DNA of 64,000 bases from Isurus oxyrinchus (Eukaryota), in contig JANJGN010000026.1 in NCBI GenBank assembly GCA_026770705.1, positions 37,944,001 to 38,008,000 on the forward strand. The letters run 5' to 3'. The notes beneath the pieces were generated by a model. It had not been told where the DNA came from. It saw only the letters and a list, made by a program, of their open reading frames with translations, and did no database searches. Shown here in pieces: positions 1-13,393 of this stretch. Position numbers and translations under genes: made by a program. The stretch's first letter is position 1. Each line of letters begins with the position of its first letter.

Positions 1-3000
1 AGGGTCTTGATTAATATAAACTGAGACGGGGTCTAGTGCAGTGATTCCTGATACAGGCTCTCGCTTGACAGAAACTGAGACAGGGCATTGTGCAGTGATT
101 AATGATACATGGTCTAGATAAGTATAAACTGAGACAGAGCATTGTGCAGTGATTACTGATACATGGTCTAGATAAGTATAACCTGGGACAGGGGCTAGTG
201 CAGTGATTACTGTTACAGTATCTGGACTAAAATAAGTGGAGGCATTCTCTACATCTGTCATTACTGATACAGGTTCTGGACTCATTTAAACTGAGATAAG
301 GTCTAGTGCAGTGATTACTGATACAGGATATGGATTGATATAAACTGATGCTGGGTCTAGTGCAGTGATTACTGGCTTGGCGTCCAGATCAATATAAACA
401 GAGACAGGGACTAGTGCAGTAATTACTGATACACGATTGACATAAATATATACTGGGACAGGGGCCAGTGCAATGATTACTGATACAGGGTCTGGACTCA
501 TATAAATGGAGACAGGGTCCAGCGAAGTTATTACTGATACAGGACCTGGATTGATATAAACTAAGGCAGGCCATAGTGCAGTGACTAATGTTGCAGGGCC
601 AAGATAAATAAAATCGAGGACAGCGGCTAGTGCAGTGATTACTGATACGGGGTCTAGAACAATATAAAGTGAGGGTGTTCATTGAATTGATTATTATACA
701 GGGTTTGATTTATATAAAATGAGGCAGGCTCTAATGCCAGGGTTACTGATACAGGGTCTGGATCAATATAAACTGAGACAGTGTCCAGTGCAGTGATTAT
801 TGATACAGGCTCGAGATTAATATAAAATGAGACTGGTGCACTGATTACTAATACAGGGTCTAGATGATAAAAACGGAGGCAGGGCAATGTGCAGTGATTA
901 CTGATACAGGGTCGAGGTACATATAAAGTAGGACAGAGGCTAGTGCATTGATTAATGATACAGGATCAATATCAATATAAACTGAGACAGTGTCCATTGC
1001 ACTGATTACTGATGCATGGCCTAAATTAATATGAACTGAGTCAGGGCCCAGTGCAGCGGTTACTGATTTAGGGTCTAGATTAATATGAACTGAGGCAGGC
1101 CATATTGCAGTGATTATTGACAGAGGGACAAGATTAACATAAACTAGGACAGGGGATAGTGCAGTGATTAATGATACAGGATCAGGGTCAATATAAACTG
1201 AGACAGTGTCCATTGAAGTGATTACAATTATGGGCTGTACATCAATATAAAATGAGACAATGTCTAGGGCAGTGATTACTGATCCTAGGTCTTGATAAAA
1301 ATAAAACTGAGATAGTGATTGGTGCAGTGATTACTGACACATGGTCTTGATTAATATGAACTGAGGCATGGCCTAGTGCAGCGATTACTGACTTAGGGTG
1401 TAGATTGATATAAACTAAAGTAGGGAAAAATGCAGTAATTGCTGATACAGGGTTGAGATTGACATAAACTGAGGCAGGGCATATTGAAGTGATTACTGAT
1501 ACAGGGTGTAGGTTAATAGAAAATGAGAGAGGGCCTAGTGCAATGATTATAGATTCAGGGTGCAGATTATTATAACCAGAACAGGGACAAGTGCAGCGAT
1601 TACTGAAACAGGGCCTTGATTAATATAAACTGATGCAGGGCCTCATGCAGTGATAATTGATACAGGGTCTATAATAATAGAAACAGAGAGAGGGCCAAGT
1701 CCAGTGATTACGGATAGAGGGTCTAAATTGATATGAACTGAGGTAGGGCATATTGCAGTAATTACTGATACAGTGTCCTGATCAATATAAACTGAGATAG
1801 GTCCAAGTGCAGTGATTACTGATACAGGGTCTAGATTAATATAAAGTGAGACAGGGCCTTGTGCAGTCATTACTGATACAAGATCTAGATTAATATAACC
1901 TGAGACGGTGCTGATTGCAATTATTACTGATAGATGGTCTGGACTAATTTAAACTGAGGCAGGCCATAGTGCAGTGATGACTGATACAGGATCTAGATTA
2001 ATATAAACTGAGACAGGGTCTAGCACAGTGTTTCTTAATACAGTGTCTCAATCAGCATAACTCAGACAATGTTGAGTGCAATGATTACTGATACAGGATC
2101 TAGATTAACGTAAACTGAGGCATGCTCTAGTGTAGTGATTACAAGCACAGGATCTAGCTTAATATAAACTGAGACAGGTTCTTGTGCAGTAATTACTGAT
2201 ACAGGGTCTCAATCAATATAAACTCAGACAATGTCCAAAGCAGTGATTACTGATACCGGGCCAAGATAAATAAGAACTGAGGCAGGGCCTACTGCAGTGA
2301 TTACTGATTCAGGTTCTAGGATAATAGAAACTGAGAGAGGGCCAAGTGCAGTGATTATAGATTCAGGGTGCAGTTTATTATAACCAGAACAGGGACGAGT
2401 GCAGTGATTACTGAAAAAGGGGCTTGATTAATATAAACTGAGACAGACCCTTGTACAGTAATTACTGATACACGGTCTGGACTAACATAAACTGAGAAAG
2501 GGCCTGGTGATGTGTTAATTGATATAAGGCCTAGATAAATATAACTGGGATGAGACAGTGATAACTGATACAGGGTTTAGATTGATAAAAAAAATCCTGA
2601 GGCAGGGCATAGTGCAGGGATTACTGATACCGGGCCGACATTAATATAAACTCAGAGAGGGTCAAGTGCAGTGATTACTGGTATAGGGTCTAGATTGATA
2701 TAAACTGAGACAAGGCCTGGTGCCGTGATTTGTGTTACAGGGTTAGATGCATATAAAATGGGACAGGGCCTAGTGCAGTGATTACAGGTACAGGCTTTAG
2801 ATTAATATAAACTGAGAAGCAATCCAGTGCAGTGCTTTTAGGTTCAAGGTGCAAATTATTAATACCAGAACAGGGTCAAGTGTCATGATTACTGAAACAG
2901 GGTCTTGATTACTATAAACTTAGACAGGCTCTTGTGCAGTAATTACTGATGCAGAGTCTGAACCAACATAAACTAAGACAGGGCCCGGTGAAATGTTCAC

Positions 3001-3580
3001 TGGTACAGGACCTAGATAAATACAACTGGGACAGGAGCACTTGCAGTGATGACTGCTGCAGGGACTAAATTAATATAAACTGAGGCTGGATCTAGTGCAG
3101 TGATTACTGATAAAGGGACTGGGCTAATATAAAGTGAGACAGAGTTTGGTGCAGAGATAATTGATGTGGGGTCAAGACCAATACAAAATGAGACAGGGTT
3201 TGTTGCAATGATTACTGATACAGGGTCTAGATCAAAGTCAACTGAGACAATGCCCATTGCATTGATTACTGATCCAGGGTCTTGATTGATAAAAACTGAG
3301 ACAGGGCCTAGTGCAGTAAGTAATGTTACAGGGTCTAGATCAATATAAACTGAGAGAGCCTCAAGTACCGAGATTACAGATACAGGATCTAGATTATTAT
3401 ATTCTGAGACAGATCTAATGTGGAGACAACTGATACATGGTCTAGCTCAATATAAACTGTGGCAAGGCACAGTGCAGTGATTACTGATGTTCTAAAGTAA
3501 TGTAAGGAAGACAAGGTCTTGTACGGTGATTACTGATACAGGGTCTAGATTGACAAAAACTGAGGCAGGGAAGAATATAA
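1..3580 (+). repeat. 54-bp tandem satellite made of two diverged 27-bp halves; begins before the window
   Basis: TGCAGTGATT recurs at 37, 91, 145, 199 (54-bp period). Approximate consensus: TGCAGTGATTACTGATACAGGGTCTAGATTAATATAAACTGAGACAGGGCCTAG. Confidence 0.95.
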
Positions 3581-4678
3581 TTCTAAAATTGGATTAGTTG
3601 TAGGAGACAGAGGGTGATGACAGAAAGACGCTTTAGTGACTGGAAGCCAGTGTCCAGTGGTGTACCAGAGGGATCTGTGCTGGGTCCCCGATTATTTGTT
3701 ATTTATATAAATGAAAGTAAATGCCTACATGTGGGGTAGGATTAGTAAGTTTGCGGAGGACACAAAGATTGGCCGGTTGGTTAACAGTGATGTTGAATGT
3801 TTTTGGCTACAGGAAGATATAGATGGAATGGCCAAATGGGCAGATAAGTGGCAGATGGAATTTAGCACTGAAAAGTGCAAGGTGCTACACTTTAGAAGGA
3901 GTAATTTGACTAGGAAATATTCAATGAATGGGATGACACTAGGAAGTTCTGAGGAACAAAGGGACCTTGGCATGTGTGTCCATGGGGCTCTGAAGGCGAA
4001 GGGGCATCTTGGTGGGGTGGTGAAAAAGGCATATGGGACACTTGCCTTTATCAATCGAGGCATAGATTACAAAAGTAGGAAGGCCATGTTAGACTTGTAT
4101 AGAACCTTGGTGAGGTCACAGCTTGAGTACCATATGCAGTTCTGGTTGCCACGTTATAAGAAGGATGTGATGCACTGGAGAGAGTGCAGAGGAGATTCAC
4201 CGGGATGTTGCCTGGTATGAAACATTTAAGTTATGAAGAGAGGTTGGATAGACTTGGGTTGTTTTCATTGGAGCAGAGAAGACTGAGGGGAGACCTGATT
4301 GAGGTGTACAAGATTATGAGGGGTGTGGACAGGGTGAATAGGGAACAGCTGTTGCCCTTAGTTGAAGGGTCAGTCACAAGGCGACATAAGTTCAAGGTGA
4401 GGCGCAGGAGGTTTAGGGAGCTTTTGAGGAAAAACTTATTTACCCAGAGGGTGGTGATGGTCTGGAATGCGCTGCCTGGGAGGGTGGTGGAGGTGGGTTG
4501 CCTTACATCCTTTAAAAAGTACCTGGATGAGCACTTGGCACGTCATAACATTCAAGGCTATGGGCCAAGTGCTGGTAAATGGGATTAGGCAGGTAGGTCA
4601 GGTGTTTCTCACATGTCGGTGCAGACTCAATGGGCCAAAGGCCCTCTTCTGTACTGTGTGATTCTGTGATTCTGTGAT
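3581..4678 (+). mobile_element. 5'-truncated CR1-clade LINE (RT C-terminus plus 3' tail) inserted in the satellite
   Basis: Frameshifted ORFs 3711-4220 and 4184-4588 carry CR1 RT motifs (SKFAEDTK, KCKVLHF, LYRTLVR, ERLDRLGLFSLEQRRLRGDLIEVYKIM). Ends in an (ATTCTGTG)n tail. Confidence 0.93.
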
Positions 4679-5335
4679 AATATAAACTGATTACTGATAC
4701 AGGTCTAGATCAATATCAAGTGAGACAGCATCTAGCGCAGTGATTACTGGCACAGAATCTAGATTAATACAAACTGTGACAGGGCCGAGTGCTGTGATTA
4801 CTGACACAGGGATGAGATTATTATAAACTAGGACAGGGGCTAGTGCAGTAATTAATGATACAGGATCAGGATCAATGTAAACTGAGGCAGTGTCCTTTCC
4901 AATGATTACTGTTAGAGGGTCTGGACTAATATAAACTGAATCAGGGCCTAGAGCAGTCATTACTAATACAGGGTCAAGATTAATAGAAACTGAGACAGGG
5001 TCCAGTGCAGTGTTTATTGATACATGTTCCTGATCAATATAAGCTCAGACAATGTCCAGTGCAGCGATCACTAATACAGGGTCGAGATTAATAGAAAGTG
5101 AGACAGGGCCTAGTGCAGTGGTTATTGATGCAGGGTTTAGATTAATATAAACTCAGACAATGTCCAGTGCAGAGATGACTGACATAGGGTCTAGATTAAT
5201 GTAAACTGAGACAGGGTCCACTGCAGCGATTAATGATACAGGGTCTAAATTAATATAAACTGAGACAGTGTCTAGTGCAGTGATTCCTGATATATGGTCT
5301 GGACTAGAATAAACTGAGACAGGGCCAAGTGCAAG
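4679..5335 (+). repeat. Continuation of the 54-bp satellite
   Basis: Same unit resumes directly after the LINE tail. Confidence 0.92.
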
Positions 5336-6599
5336 AATTACTTCATCATTGACGCCCATATCCCAAGAACGAATTAAAACACTGCAAAACACTGCGGATT
5401 TGGGAATCTAAAGCAGGGCAAAAAATAACCACTCAGCAGGTCAGTGGGCATCAATAGAGAGAGAAACAGGTCAAACGTTCAGGCCAATGACAGGTGCAAA
5501 ATCTCCCTTGGTACCAATCTATAGAGCAGAACTGTTCTCCCCACTATCCTAGTCCAGTATTCATTCTTCAACTAAAATCACATATTATCTCATCATTTTT
5601 CGCAGCTCTATTCGTGGGAGCTTGCTGTGCACAAATCACCGGATGGATTTCCAATATTACAGCAGTGACTAAACTTCAACAAATGTACATCAGCGAATTT
5701 CAAGGGCTTTAGGATTTCATGGGGTCGTAAGCAGCGTTCTATAAATGTAAATTCTTCCTTAATGTTAACATTTAAAAATGCTGGTTGTGATATGTTGAAA
5801 ACACTGAGATTAATATGATTATAGGTCGCTCCTCTGGCTGCTATTTTAAATTGTCCATTTTTAATCGGTTAAATCTTCCAACAAATTGACATTGAGTGTA
5901 ATCCCAGCCTGTTCAAATATTCATCATTGATTGTGACAGTAGAACTTTCAGAATTGAATTATTAATTTAAATGTATTTTTAATTATTTGAAATAAATAAC
6001 ATCTGTTCTAATGGATGTTGAAAATGTTTCTATTAATTTTGTACCAACTGTCAATATTCTTAAAATAAACCTTTGTTTTGAGTTGAAACCAATCAATAAG
6101 TGTCTGTGTTTATCTGGTTTTGCTGCCATGAACACTTCATTGAAATCAATCAGGCGTTTATGTAAATAAACACAGAAATAGAAGTCCCAGATTAGATTCT
6201 GGAGACACAAAAGCACAGCAAATATTTCCCCATCAACACAGCACAGAAATAGAGTCAAACATGCAAATACATCAACTGATTTCAGTAATAATTGTTTTTT
6301 GGGCATTTTTAAAATCAGTTATATGAGAATTATATCATGATGATATCTATGTTCAGAATTAAGTAAGATTCCCACTTATCATGAAATATGATGTCATGGC
6401 AAATGTGTTTGTAGGGATATCCTGTATCCTCTCTCTCTTTCTCTGTCTCTTTCTCCTCTCTGGTAACTTGTCTTTGTCTCTCCACCATTTTTCACTGTCT
6501 TTACTCCACAATATGAACTCAATGTCTAGCCAATATATTCTCTCAGCCCGATTCTTACACTTCAAACTAAATTGATCTATTGAAATGGATTATAATCCG

Positions 6600-7490
6600 T
6601 AGAGGGAACTTTATTCTAAATCTGTTTTGAGCATTCACTGACTTGAGAGTGCTTGGTGGGAAACTGCAGATGAAACTTTACTCTGTATCTAACCTGTGTT
6701 GCAACCAGTAGCGTAGATTTGATGTGGCCGTGCCGAAGGATCTTTCCCGGTATCTAACCCGTGCTGTTCCTGCCTTTGGAGTGTCTGATGGGACAGCGTA
6801 GAGGGAGCTTTACTTTGCACCTAACCTGCACTGTGACTGTCCTGGGAGTGTTTGATACGACTGTGTAGAGGGAGATTTACTCTGTGTCTAAACTGTGCTA
6901 TATCTGGCCTGGGAGTAATTGATAGGGTAGTTTAGAGGGAGCTTTACTCTGCATCTAAACCACGCTATATTTGACATGGCTGTAGAGACTGTAGTGGGGG
7001 ATTTGCCCCTATCTAAGCCCTGGAAATATCTGATGTGACGGTTCAGAGGCAGCTTTCCTCTTTACCTGCCCCCAGTGCCGAGCTTCCTGGGAAATGTCTG
7101 ATGAAGAGTGCAGAGGAAACCTTACACTGCATAGAACCCTTACCCTACATGCCTCAACTGTGTTTGAGCGAACAATGTAGAGGAAGTTTTACCCTGTTTC
7201 TGAACTGTGCTGCACCTGTCCTGGAAATGTTTGATGGTGACAGTGTCGATGGAGATTCACTCTGAATCTAACCCGTGCTATACCTGCATTGCGAGGTTTT
7301 CATGTGGCAATGTAGAGGGAACTTTACATTATTAATGTAGCCCCATGCTACACCTGTCCTGGGGCTGTTTGATGGAGACATGGGCCTTGTCTATGCATTA
7401 CACTAGACCATGTCCAACCGTATCTAACCCATGCTGTAGCTGCCCTGGGAATGTTTCATGGTGACAGTGTCGAGGGAGTTTCCCTCTCTC
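6600..7490 (+). repeat. 67-bp tandem satellite (GTGTTTGATGGGACAGTGTAGAGGGAGCTTTACTCTGTATCTAACC...)
   Basis: GGGAG(C/A)TTTAC recurs at 6803, 6870, 6937. Further partial units near 8790-8900 and 23330-23450. Confidence 0.88.
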
Positions 7491-7494
7491 TAAA

Positions 7495-8775
7495 ATAAAA
7501 ACAAAAAACTGCGGATGCTGGAAATCCAAAACAAAAACAGAATTACCTGGAAAAACTCAGCAGGTCTGGCAGCATCGGCGGAGAAGAAAAGAGTTGACGT
7601 TTCGAGTCCTCATGACCCTTCGACAGAACTGATTGTATGTCAGAAGAGGGGTGAAATATATACTGGTTTAAGGTGGGGGGTGGGGGGTGGAAGAGAAGTT
7701 GAGGGGGGAGTGGTGTGGTTCTAGGGACAAGCAAGCAGTGATAGGAGCAGATAATAAAAAGATATCACAGACAAAGGAACAAAGAAGTGTTGAAGGTGGT
7801 GATATTATCTAAACAAATGCGCTAATTAAGAATGGATGGCAGGGCACTCAAAGTATAGCTCTTTTGGGGGTGGGGTGGAAAGACTAGCCCGGCATACAAG
7901 ATTTAAAAATAATGGAAATAGGTGGGAAAAGAAAAATCTATATAAATTATTGGAAAAAACAAAAGGAAGGGGGAAGAAATGCATTTCCCCCAACTTAGTC
8001 TACGGCATTCGTTGCTCTCAATGTGGTCTCCTCCACGTTGAAGAGGCCAAACATAAACTGGGCGACCGCTTTGCAGAACACCTGCGGTCTGTCTACAAGA
8101 AAGACCCAAACCTCCCCGTCGCTTACCATTTTAACACTCCACCCTGCTCTCTTGCCCACATGTCTGTCCTTGGCTTGCTGCATTGTTCCAGTGAAGCCCA
8201 ACGCAAACTGAAGGAACAGCAACTCATCTTCTGACTAGGCACTTTACAGCCTTCTGGACTGAATATTGAATTCAACAACTTTAGATCTTGAACTCCCTCC
8301 TCCATCCCCACCCCCTTTCCATTTCTTCCCCCTTCCTTTTGTTTTTTCCCATAATTTATATAGATTTTTCTTTTCCCACGTATTTCCATTATTTTTAAAT
8401 CTTGTATGCTGGGCTAGTCTTTCCACCCCACCCCCACTAGAGCTGTACCTTGAGTGCCCTGCCATCCATTCTTAATTAGCACATTTGATTAGATAATATC
8501 ACCACCTTCAACACTTCTTTGTTCCATTGTCTGTGACATCTTTTGATTATCTGCTCCTATCACTGCTTGCTTGTCCCTACAACCACACCAACACCCCCCA
8601 CAACTTCTCTTTCCACCACCCCACCTCCCACCTTAAACCAGCATATATTTCACCCCTCTTCTAACATACAATCAGTTCTGTCGAAGGGTCATGAGGACTC
8701 GAAATGTCAACTCTTTTCTTCTCCGCCGATGCTCCCAGACCTGCTGAGTTTTTCCAGGTAATTCTGTTTTTGTTT
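7495..8775. mobile_element. Penelope-like element remnant: GIY-YIG endonuclease fragment between inverted terminal repeats
   Basis: ORF 7836-8234 contains NLVYGIRCSQCGLLHVEEAKHKLGDRFAEHL...PVAYHFN, a degenerate VYxIxCxxC-xxx-YIGET GIY-YIG signature. 7495-7980 is the reverse complement of about 8325-8775. Confidence 0.8.
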
Positions 8776-8899
8776 CTCTCTCTCTAACCCATGCTGCATC
8801 TTCCCTGGGAGTGTTCAATGTGACAATGTAGAGGAAGCTTTAAATTCTGTGCCTAGCCCCATGCTGCACCTGTCCTGGGAGTGTTTGATGGGACAGTAG

Positions 8900-9720
8900 A
8901 CCCTGTCTTGATATTGCGTTTGACCGTGACCCTGTCTCTGTTTATATTACAGTCGACCCTCCCTCTGTTTGTATTACACTAGGCCCTGTCCCTGTTTATA
9001 GTGCACCTGACATGTCTCTGTTTATACTGCACTAGACAGTGTCACTGTTTACATTGCACTAGGCCCTGCCCCTGTTTATATGACACTCACATGTCTCCCC
9101 ATATTATATTTGACATGCCTCTGTTTATATTGCATGAGACGCTGTCTCTGTTTATATTGCACTAGGCTCTGCCCCGGTTTATATTACACTAGACCCTGTT
9201 TCTGTTTATGTTACACTGATCCCTGTTTTGGTTTACATTACATTAGACCATGTCTCTGTTCATATTATACCAGGCTCTGCCCCTGTTTGCATTACACTTG
9301 ACATGTCAGTGTTTCTATTACATTCAGCATGTCTTTGTTAATATTACACTTGACATGGCTTTGTTTATTTTGCACTAGATGCTGTCTCTGTTTATATTAC
9401 ATTAGATCCGGTCTCTGTTTATATTGCACCAGGCCCTGCCCCTGTTTATATTAAACTGGACCCTGTATGTTTATAATACACTAGACCCTGTCTCTATTTA
9501 TATTACACTGGACCCTGTTTCTGTTTAAATTACTCTAAATCCTGTCTTTGCTTCTATTAAACAAGGCCCTGTCTCTGTTTATATTATAATTGCCCTGTCT
9601 CTGTTTATATTAATCTACTACTGTCTCTGTATTTCAGTAGCCACTGTCTCAGTTCTGTGCTAGATCATATCTGTATTTAAATTACATTAGACCCTGCCTC
9701 TGTTATTACTGCACTACACA
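8900..9720 (-). repeat. 27-bp tandem satellite, monomeric relative of the 54-bp satellite, inverted
   Basis: CTGTTT recurs at 9018, 9045, 9072. The unit's reverse complement (AATATAAACAGAGACAGGGTCTAGTGT) matches one half of the 54-mer. Confidence 0.88.
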
Positions 9721-9914
9721 CGTGCCATAATGTGGAAATTGGCTGGGGTGGAAATAGTGAAGATAAGGCAGCAAGATGGTGGGAGCAATTAACATGGGGG
9801 CCTATTTAGATGTTATAACTTGTCCTCCCTGCATCCCAGATTTGTATTCATGATCTGCAGACCTCTTTTATCTTGCAGCTGTTTAAGTTAAATGATTTAA
9901 CTCCTATTTCCAGG

Positions 9915-10320
9915 GTCTAGAGCAATAAAGTAAGGGAATATACTAATGCAATATAAACAGAGGACAATTTCATAAATAACTAAGACAGGACCTAATGTTA
10001 CAGAAACAGAAAGATGGACTAGAACAGTAACAAAGAGACAGGCCCAGTAAGATATGAACAGAGACATGGTGGAGAGCAGCAATAACTGAGACAGAGTCCA
10101 GTGTTACAGAAACAGAAACATGGACTAGAGCAGTAACAATGAGACAGGCCCAGTGTAGTATAAACAGAGGCATGGTGGAGAGCAGCAATACTGAGACAGT
10201 GTCTAGTATTACAGAGACAGAATCAAGGACTAGGACAGTAACAATGAGACAGGCTGAGTGTAATATTAATAGAGACACGGTGGAGTACAGCAATATTGAC
10301 ACCATATTGAAGTCCCACAG
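9915..10320 (+). repeat. Diverged 27/54-bp satellite-related block
   Basis: Recurrent AACAGAGACA...CTAG(A/T)(A/G)CAGTAAC units. Related small blocks at about 13150-13340 and 14040-14180. Confidence 0.6.
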
Positions 10321-10849
10321 AACCAGATAAGATCTAGGTGGAGATACCTCCTGGTGATTACCACCTATTGCCCTTCCTCAGCTGATGAATCTGTCCTCCT
10401 TCATCATTAGCACTGCGTCGAAGAAACACTGAGGGTAGCAAGGGCAACGAATATGCTGTGAATTTGCAAAATCAATTACCATTTGACAAGACCAAGAATG
10501 CCGGAGCTGGATGAGTCCTGAATGACGTATCTGACAGGATGGACATGCCACAGATGGTTAGAGAGCCAACACGAGGAAACCCTTACCTGATCTCCGGCCC
10601 ACCACACTATTGATATAAATGTGATTGACCCCTGCACTGTCCTTGTGGAAACCCAGGCCGGTATTCACACTGAGCACATTCTCCATTGTGTTGTGTGGCA
10701 CTGCCGCTGTGCTAAACGGGATACATTCAGAACAGATCTAGCAGCTCAAAACTTAGCATCAACGAGATACTGTTGGTCATTAACAGCAGGATAGTTGCAT
10801 TCAATCACACCCTGTAATCTCATGGACCAGAATATCCCTCACTCAAACA

Positions 10850-11535
10850 TTAGTGTGCATATCCACAAATTCCTAAAGGTAGCAGAGCAGGTAGATGAGG
10901 TGGTTAAGAAGGCCTATGGGTTACTTGCCTTTATTAGCTGAGGCATAAAACACAAGAGCAGGGAGGTTATGCTGGAACTGTATAAAATGTTGGTTAGACC
11001 ACAACTGGAGCAATACATGCAGTTCTGGTCACCACAGTTCTAGCAAGTATGTGACTGCACTGGAGAGAGTGCAGAGAAGATTTACCTAGATGCTGTCTGG
11101 GCTGGAACATCTGAACTCTGAGGAAAGATTGGATAGGCTGGGCTGTTTTCCTTGGAGCAACGATGGTTGAGGGGCTGCTGAGAGGCATAGGTAGGGTGGA
11201 TAGGAAGGCACCTTTTCCATTAGTAGAGGGGTCAAAAACCAGAGAGCAGAGATTTTAGATAAGAGGTAGAAGGCTAAGAGGGGAGTTGAGGAGAATCTTT
11301 TTCACCCAGAGGGAAGTAGGAATTTGGAACTCACTGCCCGAAAGGGTGGTTGAGTCAGAAACTCTAGTAACATTTAAGAAGGATTTAAATGTTCATTAAA
11401 GCTGCCATAGCTTCCAGGGCTATGGGCCAAGTGCGGGAAAATGGGATTAGTGTAGTCAGATCTTTGTTTACCGGGCAGAAACGATGGGCCGAATGGCCTA
11501 CATCTGTGCTGTAAACGTCAATGAGTCTATGAGTT
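10850..11535 (+). mobile_element. CR1-clade LINE 3' fragment
   Basis: Degenerate ELYKMLVRPQLE...LDRLGCFPW...FFTQR-type coding followed by a CR1 3' tail. Confidence 0.8.
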
Positions 11536-11539
11536 TAAC

Positions 11540-12780
11540 ATCCAGCCTGGGAACAATGAGGAATGTAGGCCAGCAGGTCAGAAGCAAGACCAGGCTTACC
11601 TGAAAATGATGAACCACAGTGTGAAGCTAGAACACTGTACGTAATGGACAACAGATCAGGTCCGTCCCCTCGCAGCTCAATCAGTCTACTCTCAATCATC
11701 GGTAAAGTGACTGAAGGTGTCGCCGACCTGCCCACCAAAGCTCAGACTGAATCCACCAGGATCAGCTAGCGTCAAAGCTCATTGTAAACTTGGTCTGAAC
11801 ATGGACAAGAGAGCGAACTTCCAGACATGATGTATGAGTCCTTCAGTACTTGATTTCAAAGTATCTGTTAACTGAGTGTGGCGTCAAAAAGCCTTGGACT
11901 GTGTCAGGTCAATGGGACTCCACTGGCTGGAGTCACACCTAGCGAATATGAAGATGCTTTGTTGTTGAAGACCAATCATCTCAGCACCAGGACATCATTC
12001 CAGGAGTCTGTCAGAGAAGTGTCCTTGGTCCAACCATCTTCAGCAGCTTAATCAATGACCTTCCCTTCATCACTGGGTCAGGAGTGGGGATGTTCACTCA
12101 TATTTGCACAGTGTTCAGTTCCATTTATGACCTATCAGATAATGAAAGCGTACTTACTTATTTCATCTCAAACTGGACAAGTTTGTGCTGATAAGTTGCA
12201 AGTGATATAAGCAGCACTCAAGTGCCAGGCAATGACCAACTCCAACAATAAAGAAACCAAACATCTCCCCTTGATGTTCAAAAGACATCAGCGTCACTGA
12301 AACCCACCATCAACGTTGTGCAGGGGCCATTGAACAGAAACTGAACTTGCCCAGCCATATAAATACTGTGGCTGCAAGAGTGGGTCAGAGGCTGGGAATC
12401 CTGTGGCAAATAACTCACCTCCGGATTCCCCAAAGCCTTTCCACCATCTGCAAATCTGCAAGTCAGATGCCTGTTGGAAATTGTTTACTTTCCTTGACAA
12501 ATGTAACTGCAGCAACTCTCAAGAACTTCCACATCAACCAGGGGAAATCAACCCCTTGTTAGGCTCCTCATCCAGGAATTAAACATTCACTCCCTTCACG
12601 ACCGATACACAGTGGCTGCAGTGTGTGTTATCCACAAGATGCACTGCAGCAACTTGCCAAGGCCTCTTCAACATCACCTTCCATACCTGTAACTTCCATC
12701 TCCCAGAATAACAAGGGCAAAAAGCACATGGGAACAGAGTACCCTGCATCCTCCTACACATAGCACTCCATAGGTGGGAA
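11540..12780 (+). mobile_element. Degenerate L2/CR1-type LINE RT fragment (second family)
   Basis: HINTVAARVGQRLGIL... and LNIHSLH-R-TVAAVC-IHKMHCSNL motifs, shared with copies at 23455-24050 and 59505-60410. Confidence 0.75.
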
Positions 12781-13393
12781 ATTGGCCTTTGGCGCCGGAA
12801 AAGAAGGGATATCTGAAATCGAATTCTGCTGACTGCACTGAAAATGAACATCAAGTGCTGCATAGCATATACGGCCGATCTGATACCGTCTTTTCAGGCT
12901 ACTGTCAGATACCGATTTCTAGCCTAATGTCTTTATTTATCATATTATCTCTCCATCTCACAGAAACATGGAGTGATGCAGCTCTAATTTAAACAGAGGC
13001 ATAAATAAAAGCAAAATGCTGCAAACTCTGGAATTCTGAAATAAGGACAGAAAATGCTGGACAAACTCAGCAGGTTGGACAGCATCTGTGGAGAGAGAAA
13101 GAGAGTTAAATATTTCGAGTCCATATGCCTCTTCTTCAGAAAAAGCCTAGTGCCGTAGTTACAGTGACAACTATAATGTAGACATAGTCAAGATTTAATA
13201 TAACATAAACAGAGACAGGGCCTAGTGTAATATAAACAGAGAAAGAATCTAGTGCAATACAAACTGAGATGGCTTCCAGTGGAACATTAACAAGATAGGG
13301 TCTATTTTAATACAAACAGAGGCCTGATCCAGCACAATAGAAATAAAGTAGTTCCCAGGGAATTAAAAATCGAACTAGGATTCTGTATAATAT

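Noticed and set aside
1-5335. CRISPR-like array or repeat-protein gene (periodic ORFs 286-1213, 1643, 3012, 4691, 5153)
   Set aside because: Continuous 54-bp units with no unique spacers in a eukaryotic context; the ORFs are satellite translations.
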